Notes: generated from the letters alone by a model not told the origin. A stretch of 64,000 bases of DNA from Acidimicrobiia bacterium (GCA_965203555.1 CBDBCY010000004.1:1440001-1504000); one strand, 5' to 3'; shown: positions 20,380 to 30,988, numbered from the stretch's first letter. Program-made: numbers and translations.

Positions 20380-21010
20380 CGGCGGAGTCCCTGGTCTCCT
20401 GGTCCGGCTCCGGCTCCCAGGAAGCGGGGCCGGGCGTCGGCTGCCACATCGTCTCGCCTTCATAGGCCGCCACTCCGCTCGGCGCGGTGGCCCGCAACCA
20501 GCCGTCCGCGGCGTCCAGTTCGGAGAGATCGGCAAAGGGGTCCTCCTGGTAGATGTGCGGCACCGACCCGTCCTCGGTCATCAACAACTCGTCCCTGGTG
20601 TGGATTGCGTCACTTCGGTTGGTGACCGACATCTCGAACAAGTGGGTCATGGTGATGGCCTCGGTGGGACAGGCCTCCACGCACAGGCCGCAAAATATGC
20701 AGCGCAGCATGTTTATCTCGTACACGTATCCGAAACGCTCTCCCGGGCTTTTCGGATCATCAGCAGGATTGTCGGCGCCCCGGACGTAGATGCACCGGGC
20801 GGGGCACGCCCCGGCGCACAACTCGCATCCGATGCACTTCTCCATCCCGTCGGGATAGCGATTGAGTACGTGACGTCCGTGGAACCGCACCGGCTTTTCC
20901 CGCATCTGTTTGGGGTACTGGGTGGTGACGATGCCTTTTCCGAACAGTCCCCGCAGACCGATCGATCCGGTTACCTTGAAGCCTTTCCAAAAGTCGCTAA
21001 AAATCCCCAT
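20372..21010 (-). CDS. nuoI: NADH-quinone oxidoreductase subunit I
   Basis: RFHGRH and two 4Fe-4S motifs, [12 protein letters not shown] and [12 protein letters not shown]. Confidence 0.95.
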   Translation of the reverse strand: MGIFSDFWKGFKVTGSIGLRGLFGKGIVTTQYPKQMREKPVRFHGRHVLNRYPDGMEKCIGCELCAGACPARCIYVRGADNPADDPKSPGERFGYVYEINMLRCIFCGLCVEACPTEAITMTHLFEMSVTNRSDAIHTRDELLMTEDGSVPHIYQEDPFADLSELDAADGWLRATAPSGVAAYEGETMWQPTPGPASWEPEPDQETRDSADG

Positions 21011-21018
21011 TTCTCTCC

Positions 21019-22134
21019 TCACCCGCTAAACGGCAGACCGAAGTGGCGGAACCCGATCACCACCGTGGAAATCACCAGCCACACCATCGACAGCGGAATC
21101 AACCGCTTCCAGCCCAAAGTCATCAACTGGTCGTAGCGCAGCCGGGGAAGGGTGGCTCTTATCCAATAGAAGACCACCACCAGCACATAGCTCTTCACCA
21201 TCAGCCATACCACCGGAAGTATGGCCGAAACCCAACTGGGAACCATCCCCTCCCACACCGGACCGTTCCATCCTCCCAGGAACAGGGTGGCGGCAATGGC
21301 GCACATGGAAAAAATGTTGATGTACTCGGCCAGAAAGAACATCGCAAACCGTATTCCCGAGTACTCGGTGTGAAACCCTCCCACTATCTCCTGCTCGGCC
21401 TCCACCAGGTCGAACGGCGCACGGTTGGTCTCCGCCACCGCCGCTATGAAGAAAATGACGAAGGCCACTGCCTGGGGAAAGATGTTCCAGCGGGGAATGA
21501 AACTCAGCGCCGGATCGAGAAAACCGACGGCGCCCTTCCAAGTGCCTGACTGTCTCTCCACGATCTCGGCCAGGGAAAGCGTCCCGCTGTCGGCCCCCGC
21601 GGCAGTGGCCGAGAACATCACCACGGCCACCATCGCCAGGCCCATGGCGGCCTCGTAGGAGATGGCCTGGGCGGTGGCCCTCACTCCTCCCAGCAACGGA
21701 TACTTGGAACCCGACGACCATCCGGCCAGCACCACCGCGTAAACCGCCATCGACGACATGGCCAGAATGAACAACAGCCCGATATTGAGATCGGCGCCCT
21801 GCAGCGGCACCGACCGGCCCGCAATCTCCAAGCCCGGACCGAGGGGCACCATCATGAAAATCAAAAATGCCGGCACCACCGCCAGGAAGGGGGCCAGCAG
21901 ATAGGCGCCCAGGTCCACTTTGCGGGGGGTTATGTGCTCTTTGAAGAAGAGTTTCAACCCATCCGCCAGCGTTTGCAGGATTCCCCAGGGTCCGGCCCGC
22001 ATCGGGCCCAGGCGATTCTGCATGTCCGCCACCACTTTTCGTTCCATCCAGATATTGACCACGGTCAACAGCAGCAACAGCACGAACACGCCCACCACGC
22101 GGGCGGCTACAAGTAAGAGATCTATCCAGTCCAT
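21019..22134 (-). CDS. nuoH: NADH-quinone oxidoreductase subunit H
   Basis: [28 protein letters not shown] and [10 protein letters not shown] motifs. Confidence 0.96.
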   Translation of the reverse strand: MDWIDLLLVAARVVGVFVLLLLLTVVNIWMERKVVADMQNRLGPMRAGPWGILQTLADGLKLFFKEHITPRKVDLGAYLLAPFLAVVPAFLIFMMVPLGPGLEIAGRSVPLQGADLNIGLLFILAMSSMAVYAVVLAGWSSGSKYPLLGGVRATAQAISYEAAMGLAMVAVVMFSATAAGADSGTLSLAEIVERQSGTWKGAVGFLDPALSFIPRWNIFPQAVAFVIFFIAAVAETNRAPFDLVEAEQEIVGGFHTEYSGIRFAMFFLAEYINIFSMCAIAATLFLGGWNGPVWEGMVPSWVSAILPVVWLMVKSYVLVVVFYWIRATLPRLRYDQLMTLGWKRLIPLSMVWLVISTVVIGFRHFGLPFSG

Positions 22135-22322
22135 TGAAGGCTGTTCATCAGGAAAGAGAGCGCGGACACGGCCTAGGTGAGAGATTAGAAATGCCCATCT
22201 GTTTGACAAAAACCTCCCACTGTCGGGACGGCCCGTCCTGCATGTCCTCCGTCCTCACCGATCCACTGCCAATTTGGCCGACCCGAAGATGGCCTCTGAG
22301 CGCCGAAGGCCCTTCATCAAGG

Positions 22323-22337
22323 TTAACATTATGTAAA
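22323..22337. promoter_or_regulatory. Palindromic operator TTWACA-N3-TGTWAA upstream of fhs
   Basis: TTAACATTATGTAAA ends 54 nt before the fhs start; a matching site lies upstream of the FDH gene. Confidence 0.55.
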
Positions 22338-22391
22338 CACCCGGCGGTTTCATCCCCGACACCAAACCTCAGACCCCCCAGGAGGCGTCCC

Positions 22392-24158
22392 TTGAATTCG
22401 TCCCCCATCCCCTCCGACCTGGACATCGCCCAAGCCGCCCAGGTACTGCCCATCACCGAAATAGCCGACCGGGTGGGGATCAGAACCCGAGAACTGATCC
22501 CCTACGGGCATGACAAGGCCAAGGTCCATCTCGACATCCTGCAACGGCTTCGCAACCGTCCGAGAGGCCGTTACGTTGACGTGACCGCTATCACTCCGAC
22601 TCCCCTGGGCGAAGGCAAGACCACCACCACCATCGGCCTGACCCAAGGCTTGGGGGCCCGGGGCCGCAACGTCATGGCCTGTATTCGCCAACCCAGCATG
22701 GGCCCCACTTTCGGGATCAAGGGAGGAGCGGCCGGAGGAGGGTACAGCCAGGTTATTCCCATGGAGGAGTTCAACCTTCACCTCACCGGCGACCTGCACG
22801 CCATCGGGGTTGCCCACAACCTGGCGGCCGCCGCTATCGACGCCCGGTGGTATTTCGAGGAGAGGCTCAACGACGAGCAGATGGAGGAACGGGGCCTGCC
22901 GCGCCTGCGGATCGACCCTCACAACATCCTGTGGCGGCGGGTGGTCGACGTCAATGACCGAGCGCTGCGCAACATAGTGCTGGGACTCGGCGGTCGGATC
23001 GACGGGCTGCCCAGAGAAACCGGGTACGACATCACCGTGGCCAGCGAAATCATGGCCATCCTGGCCCTGGTGGACGGGCAGGACTACGCCTCCGCTCTCC
23101 GCAACCTGCGGGAACGCTGCGCAAGGATGGTGTTCGGCTACTCCAAGAGCGGGAATCCGCTCACCCTCGAGGACCTGGGGGTGGCGGGAGCGGTGACCGT
23201 GCTGATGAAGGACGCTCTCCATCCCACCTTGATGCAGACCCTGGAAGGACAGGGCGTCTTCGTCCACGCCGGACCTTTTGCCAATATCGCCCACGGCAAC
23301 TCCTCGGTGCTGGCCGACCGGGTGGCTCTCCAGTTGGCCGACTACACGATCACCGAATCGGGTTTCGGAGCCGACATGGGCATGGAGAAATTCTTCAACA
23401 TCAAGTGCCGCACGTCGGGACTGGCGCCGAACTGCGTGGTGCTGACCACCACCATCCGCGCCCTGAAAGCCCAGGGAGGGGGTCCGCCGGTCAAACCGGG
23501 ACGGCCGCTGCCCAGGGCGTATGTCGAAGAGAACCTCGGACTGCTGGGCGAAGGAGTGGTCAATCTCCAGGCGCATCTGCGCACGATTGAAAAGTTCGGA
23601 GTACCGGCGGTGGTGGCGGTCAACGTGTTTCCCACCGACACCCAGAGGGAGATCGAGTACGTCCAGGCGGCGGCTTCCGAGGCCGGCGCCCACGCTGCGG
23701 CGCCCACCACTCACTGGGCCGACGGAGGCCAGGGCGCGCTGCAAATGGCCGAGGCGGTGGAAGACGCCTGTACGGTGGAGAGCAATTTCCGGCTGCTCTA
23801 TCCGAAGGAATTCTCGCTCAAGGAGAAAATCGAGAGCATCGCCTGCAATGTCTACGGTGCGGCGGACGTTTCCTACACGCCGCTGGCCAATCGCCAACTC
23901 GCCCAGTACGAGAAGGCGGGATTCGGGGAGCTGCCGATCTGCATGGCCAAGACCCACCTTTCCATCAGCCACGACCCCAACCTGAGGGGTGCTCCCCAGG
24001 GATACACTCTCCCCATCCGGGAGGTGCGCGCCTCGGTGGGTGCCGGATTCATCTACCCGCTGGTGGGAGCGGTGCGCACCATGCCGGGCCTGTCATCGAC
24101 GCCCGCCTACCTCAACGTGGATATCGACTCGTCCGGCAAGGTGGTGGGGCTTTTCTGA
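22392..24158 (+). CDS. fhs: Formate--tetrahydrofolate ligase
   Basis: TAITPTPLGEGKTTT, GIKGGAAGGGYSQV, HAGPFANIAHG and CMAKT motifs; TTG start after AGGAGG. Confidence 0.96.
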   Translation: MNSSPIPSDLDIAQAAQVLPITEIADRVGIRTRELIPYGHDKAKVHLDILQRLRNRPRGRYVDVTAITPTPLGEGKTTTTIGLTQGLGARGRNVMACIRQPSMGPTFGIKGGAAGGGYSQVIPMEEFNLHLTGDLHAIGVAHNLAAAAIDARWYFEERLNDEQMEERGLPRLRIDPHNILWRRVVDVNDRALRNIVLGLGGRIDGLPRETGYDITVASEIMAILALVDGQDYASALRNLRERCARMVFGYSKSGNPLTLEDLGVAGAVTVLMKDALHPTLMQTLEGQGVFVHAGPFANIAHGNSSVLADRVALQLADYTITESGFGADMGMEKFFNIKCRTSGLAPNCVVLTTTIRALKAQGGGPPVKPGRPLPRAYVEENLGLLGEGVVNLQAHLRTIEKFGVPAVVAVNVFPTDTQREIEYVQAAASEAGAHAAAPTTHWADGGQGALQMAEAVEDACTVESNFRLLYPKEFSLKEKIESIACNVYGAADVSYTPLANRQLAQYEKAGFGELPICMAKTHLSISHDPNLRGAPQGYTLPIREVRASVGAGFIYPLVGAVRTMPGLSSTPAYLNVDIDSSGKVVGLF

Positions 24159-24164
24159 ATCTGG

Positions 24165-24712
24165 CCGCAGATCAGCCGTGTGACCTTCCAAACCGATCAG
24201 GGCGTCTCGGAGAACCACAACGAGAACATCGAGCACCTCGGTGTCGTCAATGCCGTGGTCGTAGGCGACCATGCTGATCGCCGCGTCGAACTCGCTGTCA
24301 GGCTGGTACTCCTGGTAGACAAAATCGAAGGCAAGTTTCTGGATCTGGTCGGGTCGCTTAGCGCCGGCCCTGTCCCGCAGAAGCTCGTCCGTGCGTTTCG
24401 CCCAATCCCAGGCTTAAAGTTCGTCGGCTGTCTTCTCGCCGAGTTCCGACAGTCGCAGCGGACTGTCCTTCACAACGGTAAAGACTGGACCCGCCGAAAA
24501 AGCCTACTCATGTCGTGGCGCATCGCCTCCAGTTCGTGGCATATCGCAGCCAGTTCGTGGCATATCGCCTCCAGCAGAGAACTATGGGACTCGAGCCGTC
24601 TGTCCACGCTTTGCGCCCACTTCCCTCCCTTGAATGCCAGCGTTCCGATAGCCTTGGCACCCGCCAGGACGGCCAAGGCCACAGCAAGCAGTTGCCCGGC
24701 ACCGGCAGTCAT
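24165..24712 (-). pseudogene. Disrupted hypothetical gene: TM + coiled coil + SPLRLSELG domain
   Basis: MTAGAGQLL...RLFRRVQS, a frameshift near 24480, then VKDSPLRLSELGEKTADEL*(TAA 24414-24416)AWDWAK...VVLRDAL. Includes a 21-bp tandem repeat encoding heptads. 3' end approximate. Confidence 0.55.
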
Positions 24713-25073
24713 GACGCTGAGAGGGACAGCGCACTGTGACTCGCCTGATGACCGACGTCGCGGGGACTCCCTCCGCCCTCCTTTCTTTGAACAAGCAGAA
24801 AGATAGCATCGGCGGGTGTGCGCCTCCACCACCTTCCGCAAAGTTCACCGGCTTGTTTTCGACAACAAGGGTTGATCGGGCCGCGACGGTGCGAGCGATG
24901 AAGCCGTCTTCGTCGGCCAAGGCGACCTCCTCAAAATACCGAACCCCCACCCGCCCGACCGTTCCTGCGCCAGGCGCCCCGCCAACCGTCCCCCGCCGCC
25001 GATGCCGGACCTTTTCCGTTCCACCTTGCCCGGGGACAGCCGACCTGCCGACCGCCTTTTGGGCTCAGGCCGC

Positions 25074-25088
25074 TTTACATTGTGTTAA
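25074..25088. promoter_or_regulatory. Second copy of the TTWACA-N3-TGTWAA operator, upstream of FDH
   Basis: TTTACATTGTGTTAA ends 51 nt before ATG 25140 and overlaps a TAAAAT -10-like hexamer. Confidence 0.55.
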
Positions 25089-25139
25089 AATGCAAGCCAC
25101 GGGACTCATGGCCCGTGGATATTTCAAGGAGAGTCGACT

Positions 25140-27041
25140 ATGGGAAAAAAGACCCGGCTGACCCATCCGCTGGTGCGCCGCGACGGCGTGCTGGGGAAAG
25201 CCTCTTGGACCGAGGCCCTCGGCAGGGCCGCTGACGGACTCGGCGCGGTCCGCGATGCTCACGGTGGTGAGGCCATCGGGATGTTTTCCTGCTCCAAGGC
25301 CACCAACGAGACCAACTTCCTGGCACAGAAGTTCGCCCGGGTGGTGATGGGCACCAACAACATAGATTCCTGCAACCGGACCTGACACGCTCCCAGCGTC
25401 GCCGGTCTGGCGGCGGTTTTCGGAGCCGGAGGGGGAACCAGTTCCTATCGGGAGATGGATGACGCCGAGGTGGTGATCCTGTGGGGGTCCAACGCCCGGG
25501 CGGCACACCCCATCTTCTTCCACCGGATCATCCAGGCGGTCCGGCGCGGCGCCCAGTTGTTCTGCGTGGATCCTCGCCACAGCGAATCCGCCCAGTGGGC
25601 GGACCTGTGGCTGGGTATCGACGTAGGATCCGACATCGCTCTGTCCAACGCCATGGCCCGGGAAATACTCGCCTCGGGATTGGAAAACCGCCGATTCATC
25701 GAGCGCTCGACTCTCAACTTCGACGAATACGCGCAAAGTGTGGAGGAGTGGACCCTGGAACGGGGAGAGCAGGTCACCGGGGTGCCCGCTCACGCCATCC
25801 GCACCCTCGCCCATGCCTACGCCAAAGCCGAACGAGCCCAACTGTGCTGGACGCTCGGAATAACCGAACACCACAACGCCACCGACAATGTCCTGGCTCT
25901 GATCAACCTGGCGCTCCTCTGCGGTCATGTGGGTCGCTACGGGTCGGGACTGGTGCCGCTCCGAGGCCAGAACAACGTTCAGGGAGGCGGCGACATGGGC
26001 GCCATCCCCAACAAACTGCCCGGATTCCAGGATGTCGAGTCCGCCGAGCTTCGCGCTGCATTCGAGGCCACCTGGGGCGTCTCCATACCTCCCCGCAAAG
26101 GGTGGCACCTCACGCAGATGTTCGAGGCCATGGAAGAGGGCCACCTGCGCGGCCTGTACGTGATCGGGGAGAATCCCGCCGATTCCGAGGCTGACGTCCA
26201 AAGAGCCCGCCACCTGATGGAAGGACTGGACTTCATGGTGGTCCAGGACATCTTCCTGACCCGCACCGCCCGCATGGCGGACGTGGTACTTCCCGCCGCC
26301 GCCGACTGGTGCGAAGCGGAGGGGACCGTAACCTCCAGTGAACGACGGGTACAGCGGGTTCGTCCGGCCCTGCGGCCGCCGGGACAGGCTCGCACCGACT
26401 CCTCCATCATCTCTTCCATGGCGGCCGCTTTGGGGCACGATTGGGGAATGCCCTCCGCCGAGGAGGTGTGGAACGAGCTGCGCAGCCTCTCACCCATGCA
26501 CAGAGGCATGTCCTACCGCCGCCTGGAAGACAACGGGGGGTTGCAATGGCCCTGCTATGACGAAGACCATCCCGGTGAGCTGTACCTGCACTCCCGCCTG
26601 TGGGAAGACCCGCCGGTCGGTCCGCTCGCCCCCTTTTTCGCAGTGGAGTGGGTTCCCCCGGTCGACCGCCTGACCGACCGGTACCCGACTCGTCTGACCA
26701 CCGGTCGTCACCTCGACTCCTATAACACCGGAGTGCAAAGCGGGGGCACCGACACACCGATACGCATCGGGGGAACTCTCGACATCTCACCGGAGGATTC
26801 ATCGGCCTGGGATATCACCGAAGGAGAAGACGTACGGGTCACCTCCCGGAGGGGTTCGATAACCGTCCCCGCCCGAGTGGACGAAAGCCTCCGCCCGGGT
26901 TTGGTGTTCATGTCGGTGCACTTTCCCGAGCAGGCCGACATCAACAAACTCACCATCGAGGCCTGGGATCCCAAGAGTGGCACCGCCGAGTTCAAGGCCA
27001 CCGCGGTGAGGGTCGAAAAAGCGCCGGCGTTGGTCGGGTAA
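25140..27041 (+). CDS. Selenocysteine-containing Mo/W-bisPGD formate dehydrogenase catalytic subunit (633 aa, in-frame TGA 25383-25385)
   Basis: NNIDSCNRT-U-HAPSVAGL matches the FdhF active site; LRGQNNVQG, QDIFLT and molydop-binding domain LTTGR...EFKATAV follow. The two ORF-track pieces are in frame. Confidence 0.92.
25397..25415 (+). promoter_or_regulatory. Bacterial SECIS hairpin
   Basis: cgtcgcc-GGTCT-ggcggcg starts 11 nt after the TGA, with the same apical GGUCU sequence and spacing as fdhF-type SECIS elements. Confidence 0.8.
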
Positions 27042-27065
27042 CCACCTTTCGATAGTGCCTGACTG

Positions 27066-28874
27066 ATGGACCTTCGCTTCACGGATGCACAGCCCACCGC
27101 CGCCGAGCGCAGAGCCGTGGAGCGAGCCACCGGAATAGCGGAATCGGAGACTCACGACCGGGTGCGCACAGCCGCCAACCTGCGTATCTTCCGAACCGGA
27201 CGCCAGAGCGTCGTCAACCGGCGCCACCTGTTGCTCCCCGCCCTGGAAACGGTGCAATCGGAGGTGGGCTGGGTTTCGGAGGGCGCCCTCATGCACATTT
27301 GCCGGGTCCTGTCGGTCCCGCCGGCCGAAGCATGGGGAGTAGCGACTTTCTACTCTCTGATATCGACGGACCCCTCCCCTCCGGAAGTCTGGCACATCTG
27401 CGACGACATCGTGTGCCGCCGCGACGGCGCCCTGGATTTGGTCGACAGATTCCAAGGGGGAGAATTCCAGTCCCCCGATGCCCGATGGGCGCCGTCACCA
27501 TGCCTGGGACAGTGCGACCGGACCCCGGCTGCCTACATACAGCGCGCCGGGAGGGATGACCTGGTCGTTGCCGGGGAGAACGTCTCCCGACTTAACGGGT
27601 CCTCCCCCGCGCCGTCCACATCGAATGGACATCCGGGCAGGCTCCCCATCCCCCAGTTCGGCCAACCTCATCTCCGGCTGCTACGCCGGGTCGGGGTGGT
27701 GGACCCGGGCTCTCTTGACTCCTACCTGGAGGCCGGGGGATACCGAGCGCTGGGCGCAGCCGTGGAGATGGGACCGGCGAAGGTGGTGGCGGAGGTCAAG
27801 GCGTCGGGTCTGCGAGGTCGGGGCGGGGCGGCTTTCCCCGCCTGGATCAAGTGGGAGACGGTGGCCAACTCACCCGAGCCGGTCCGCTACCTGATCTGCA
27901 ACGCCGACGAATCGGAGCCCGGCACTTTCAAAGACCGCGTTCTGATGGAAGACGATCCGTTCTCGGTGATCGAAGCGATGACCGTCACCGGGTTCGCCAT
28001 CGGCGCCCGGCGCGGCTACCTGTATATACGGGGCGAATATCCCCTGGCCACGCGGCGACTCTCCCAAGCCCTCGACGAGGCTCGTCAGCGAGGACTGCTC
28101 GGAGAAGGAGCCGAAACGGGCGTGGACTTCGACATCGAGATCCGAAGGGGTCAGGGCGCCTACATTTGCGGGGAAGAGACCGCCCTGATGAACTCGATCG
28201 AGGGCTTCCGGGGAGAGCCCCGCAACAAACCCCCCTTCCCCACGGTATCGGGACTGTTCGGCAAACCGACTGTCATCAACAACGTCGAGACGCTGTGCAA
28301 CGTGCTCGACATTGTCACCGAGGGAGGAGAGGCCTTCGCCGGGTTGGGGACCGACCAGTCCACCGGTCCCAAGTTGTTCTGCCTGTCGGGATCGGTCAAC
28401 CGGCCCGGTGTCTACGAGGTGGAGTTCGGCGCCACCCTGGGAGAGTTGATCGAAATGGCCGGAGGACTGCCCGATGGGCTGGAGTTGAAAGCCGTCCTCC
28501 TGGGAGGAGCGGCCGGCTCGTTCGTGTTACCGGACCTGCTGGAAATGCCCCTGACCTTCGAAGCCTCTTCAGAGGCCGGAGTCTCCCTGGGGTCCGGGGT
28601 GATAATGGCGTTCGACCAGCACACCGACTTCGCAGATATCCTGACCCGCATAGCCGCCTTCTTCCGGGATGAGACCTGCGGGCAGTGCGTGCCGTGCCGG
28701 GTTGGTACCGTTCGCTTGGAAGAAGCGCTGGCTCGCATCCGCCGCCAACCCACAGACGGAGACATGCACTTGATAGAAGAGATCGATCTGGCCATGCGGG
28801 ACGCCTCGATATGCGGGCTGGGTCACACTGCCGCCATCGCCCTGCGGTCTGCTCTCGAGTTGGGATTACTGTGA
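27066..28874 (+). CDS. NuoE-NuoF fusion (NAD-linked diaphorase subunit of FDH)
   Basis: CDDIVC...CLGQC (2Fe-2S), GLRGRGGAAF, NADESEPGTFKDR, YICGEETAL and CGQCVPC..C motifs. Confidence 0.92.
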   Translation: MDLRFTDAQPTAAERRAVERATGIAESETHDRVRTAANLRIFRTGRQSVVNRRHLLLPALETVQSEVGWVSEGALMHICRVLSVPPAEAWGVATFYSLISTDPSPPEVWHICDDIVCRRDGALDLVDRFQGGEFQSPDARWAPSPCLGQCDRTPAAYIQRAGRDDLVVAGENVSRLNGSSPAPSTSNGHPGRLPIPQFGQPHLRLLRRVGVVDPGSLDSYLEAGGYRALGAAVEMGPAKVVAEVKASGLRGRGGAAFPAWIKWETVANSPEPVRYLICNADESEPGTFKDRVLMEDDPFSVIEAMTVTGFAIGARRGYLYIRGEYPLATRRLSQALDEARQRGLLGEGAETGVDFDIEIRRGQGAYICGEETALMNSIEGFRGEPRNKPPFPTVSGLFGKPTVINNVETLCNVLDIVTEGGEAFAGLGTDQSTGPKLFCLSGSVNRPGVYEVEFGATLGELIEMAGGLPDGLELKAVLLGGAAGSFVLPDLLEMPLTFEASSEAGVSLGSGVIMAFDQHTDFADILTRIAAFFRDETCGQCVPCRVGTVRLEEALARIRRQPTDGDMHLIEEIDLAMRDASICGLGHTAAIALRSALELGLL

Positions 28875-29872
28875 TGAACCAGCCGCAGCAAAGCAACGGT
28901 TCGGCTGAAAAGGTTCGACTGACCGTGGACGGCGCCTCGGTGGAAGTGGAAAAGGGCGCCACTCTGCTGCAGGCGTGCCAGCAGATGGGAACCGAGGTCC
29001 CGACCCTGTGTTACCTCGAGACTCTCACTCCGGTCAACGTATGCAGGGTCTGCGTTGTGGAGGTGGAGCGCAACCGCACCCTGGTCCCGGCCTGCTCCCG
29101 GGTGGCCGAAGAGAGCATGGTGGTGGCCACCGACTCCGACCGAGTGCGTCACAGCCGGAAGATGGTGTTGGAATTCCTGGGTTCCTCGGTGGATCTGTCG
29201 GTCGCCGATGAAGAGGTCAACCACTGGATGGAGCGCTACGGCGCCGACCCGGACCGGTACGGGCCCCTGTCCGAACCCACCGCGGCGGGGGAGCGGGACG
29301 GACGCAAGCCCGGGCACCATCATGAGGTCAACGGGAAGACTGCCGAGGGGGTCCACCAACCCACCAAGGTCGACAACACGCTCTATGTCCGCGACTACTC
29401 TCGCTGCATCCTGTGCTACAAGTGCGTGGAGGCGTGCGGGATAGACGCCCAGGGGACCTACGCCATAGCCGTGGCAGGCCGGGGTTTCGATGCCCGCATC
29501 TCCACGGAGATGGACCTTCCACTGGGAGACAGCGCCTGCGTGTTCTGCGGGAACTGCATCGCAGTCTGTCCCACCGGCGCCCTGATGTTCCGCTCCGAAT
29601 GGGAACTGCGCCGGGCCGGCGTATGGGACCCGCAGGCCCAAGCGGTGACCCGCACGGTCTGTTCCTACTGCGGAGTGGGTTGCAACCTGGAACTGCACAC
29701 CCAGGACAACCGGATCGTCAAGGTCACCTCCCCCCAGGACCACGAAGTCACCAGCGGCAATCTGTGCATCAAAGGCCGGTTCGGCTACGACTACGTGCAG
29801 AACCTGGGCGACCTGGAGCAAAACACCATCGACGAGGTTCTGCAGTCCGCCCGCCGGCGCTCCCCCGAATAA
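28874..29872 (+). CDS. NuoG-N/FdsA-N-like iron-sulfur subunit ending in the Molybdop_Fe4S4 domain
   Basis: PTLC..CRVC..C (2Fe-2S), CILCYKCVEAC, CVFCGNCIAVCP and TVCSYCGVGC...LCIKGRFG motifs. Confidence 0.9.
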   Translation: MNQPQQSNGSAEKVRLTVDGASVEVEKGATLLQACQQMGTEVPTLCYLETLTPVNVCRVCVVEVERNRTLVPACSRVAEESMVVATDSDRVRHSRKMVLEFLGSSVDLSVADEEVNHWMERYGADPDRYGPLSEPTAAGERDGRKPGHHHEVNGKTAEGVHQPTKVDNTLYVRDYSRCILCYKCVEACGIDAQGTYAIAVAGRGFDARISTEMDLPLGDSACVFCGNCIAVCPTGALMFRSEWELRRAGVWDPQAQAVTRTVCSYCGVGCNLELHTQDNRIVKVTSPQDHEVTSGNLCIKGRFGYDYVQNLGDLEQNTIDEVLQSARRRSPE

Positions 29873-30047
29873 CAGTCTGTCCCCTCGCCGGACTCCTGCC
29901 GCACACAGGCAAGATCGTCGGCAAGCCCGGCAGGCGGCCCCGGCCGGCTGATCGGAGTTGAATTCTTCTTCACAGCCCATGGCGCAGTGAAAGCCTGTCA
30001 TAACCGACTCGGGCGCTGTCGACTTCTTGGCGTTTGAGGCGTCTGTT

Positions 30048-30896
30048 CTATATCCCCACGGAAACCGACGGATTCTTCCTGAGGGCGTTTCGCACCCGGG
30101 ATCCGGTCAGCACCACGAAGAACATGACGACCGAGATCAACACGATGGTGGCGGAGGCGGCAGTGGAATAGTGGTAGCTGACCATCAAGCCGGACACCAC
30201 TGAGAAGATGGCGCAGACCGCCGACACGACCATCACCAAAACGACCCTCCGAACCATGATGATGGCGGTGGCGGGAGGGCCCACCAGCAACCCGAACACC
30301 AGGATTGCCCCCACCCCCTGGAAGAGGAGCACCACCGCTCCGGTGATGAGCGCCAGCAGGGCGAAATGCGCCACCTGGGGACGGAATCCCATCATCTCGG
30401 CTTTGTCGGCATTGAAGGCCAGAGCGAGGAACGGCCGGTACATGACAAAGGACAACACCAGGGCGACCACTAAACCGATCGCTTCCAGCACGACGACACC
30501 CCACGTGACTCCCAGCAGATCCCCGAAGAGGATGGCGGTGATGGAGCCTGAAAAGGTGGGAGTCAGGGAGATAACCACAACTCCCAGGGCAAGCATGCCC
30601 ACGAACAGCAGGCCGATCCCCACGTCTGCGCTGAGTTTGGTGTGCTGGTGGACCTGGTTGATCCCCAAGATCATGACCACGCCCGCCACCAGCGCTCCCC
30701 AAACCGGGTTGACTCCCAGCAGAATGGCGATCGCCACGCCGGGTATGACTCCGTGAGCCACCGCATCCCCCATGAAGGACATCCCCCGGATGACCACCCA
30801 GGCGCCCACCACCGAGGTGAGCACACCGGCAAGCGCTCCTCCCACCAGGGCCCGCTGCTGAAAGGCCAACTCGAAAGGTTCCACGATCCAGTCCAT
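30048..30896 (-). CDS. Zn/Mn ABC transporter permease (ABC-3 family)
   Basis: SFMGDAVAHGVIPG, ILFGD and GPPATA motifs. Confidence 0.92.
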   Translation of the reverse strand: MDWIVEPFELAFQQRALVGGALAGVLTSVVGAWVVIRGMSFMGDAVAHGVIPGVAIAILLGVNPVWGALVAGVVMILGINQVHQHTKLSADVGIGLLFVGMLALGVVVISLTPTFSGSITAILFGDLLGVTWGVVVLEAIGLVVALVLSFVMYRPFLALAFNADKAEMMGFRPQVAHFALLALITGAVVLLFQGVGAILVFGLLVGPPATAIIMVRRVVLVMVVSAVCAIFSVVSGLMVSYHYSTAASATIVLISVVMFFVVLTGSRVRNALRKNPSVSVGI

Positions 30897-30935
30897 GCCC
30901 ATCCAACCCTACCCAGCGTCATTATCGTGAGGGCA

Positions 30936-30976
30936 CGATAATCATTATCACAGGACACCGATGGCGATGATTATCA
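30936..30976. promoter_or_regulatory. Fur/Zur boxes in the divergent intergenic region
   Basis: cGATAATCATTATCA (30936-30950) is a near-perfect 7-1-7 box; a weaker tggcgATGATTATCA lies at 30962-30976. Confidence 0.8.
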
Positions 30977-30988
30977 TAAGACTCAGTT

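Noticed and set aside
22135-22391. THF or ZTP riboswitch upstream of fhs
   Set aside because: No recognisable consensus by eye, and the putative operator/-10 region leaves only about 50 nt of leader. cmscan would settle it.
24790-24950. Nuclease remnant (LVVENK) on the minus strand
   Set aside because: A single short motif without supporting context.
25383-25385. Nonsense mutation making FDH a pseudogene
   Set aside because: The stop is at the catalytic Cys/Sec position and has a correctly spaced SECIS-like hairpin.
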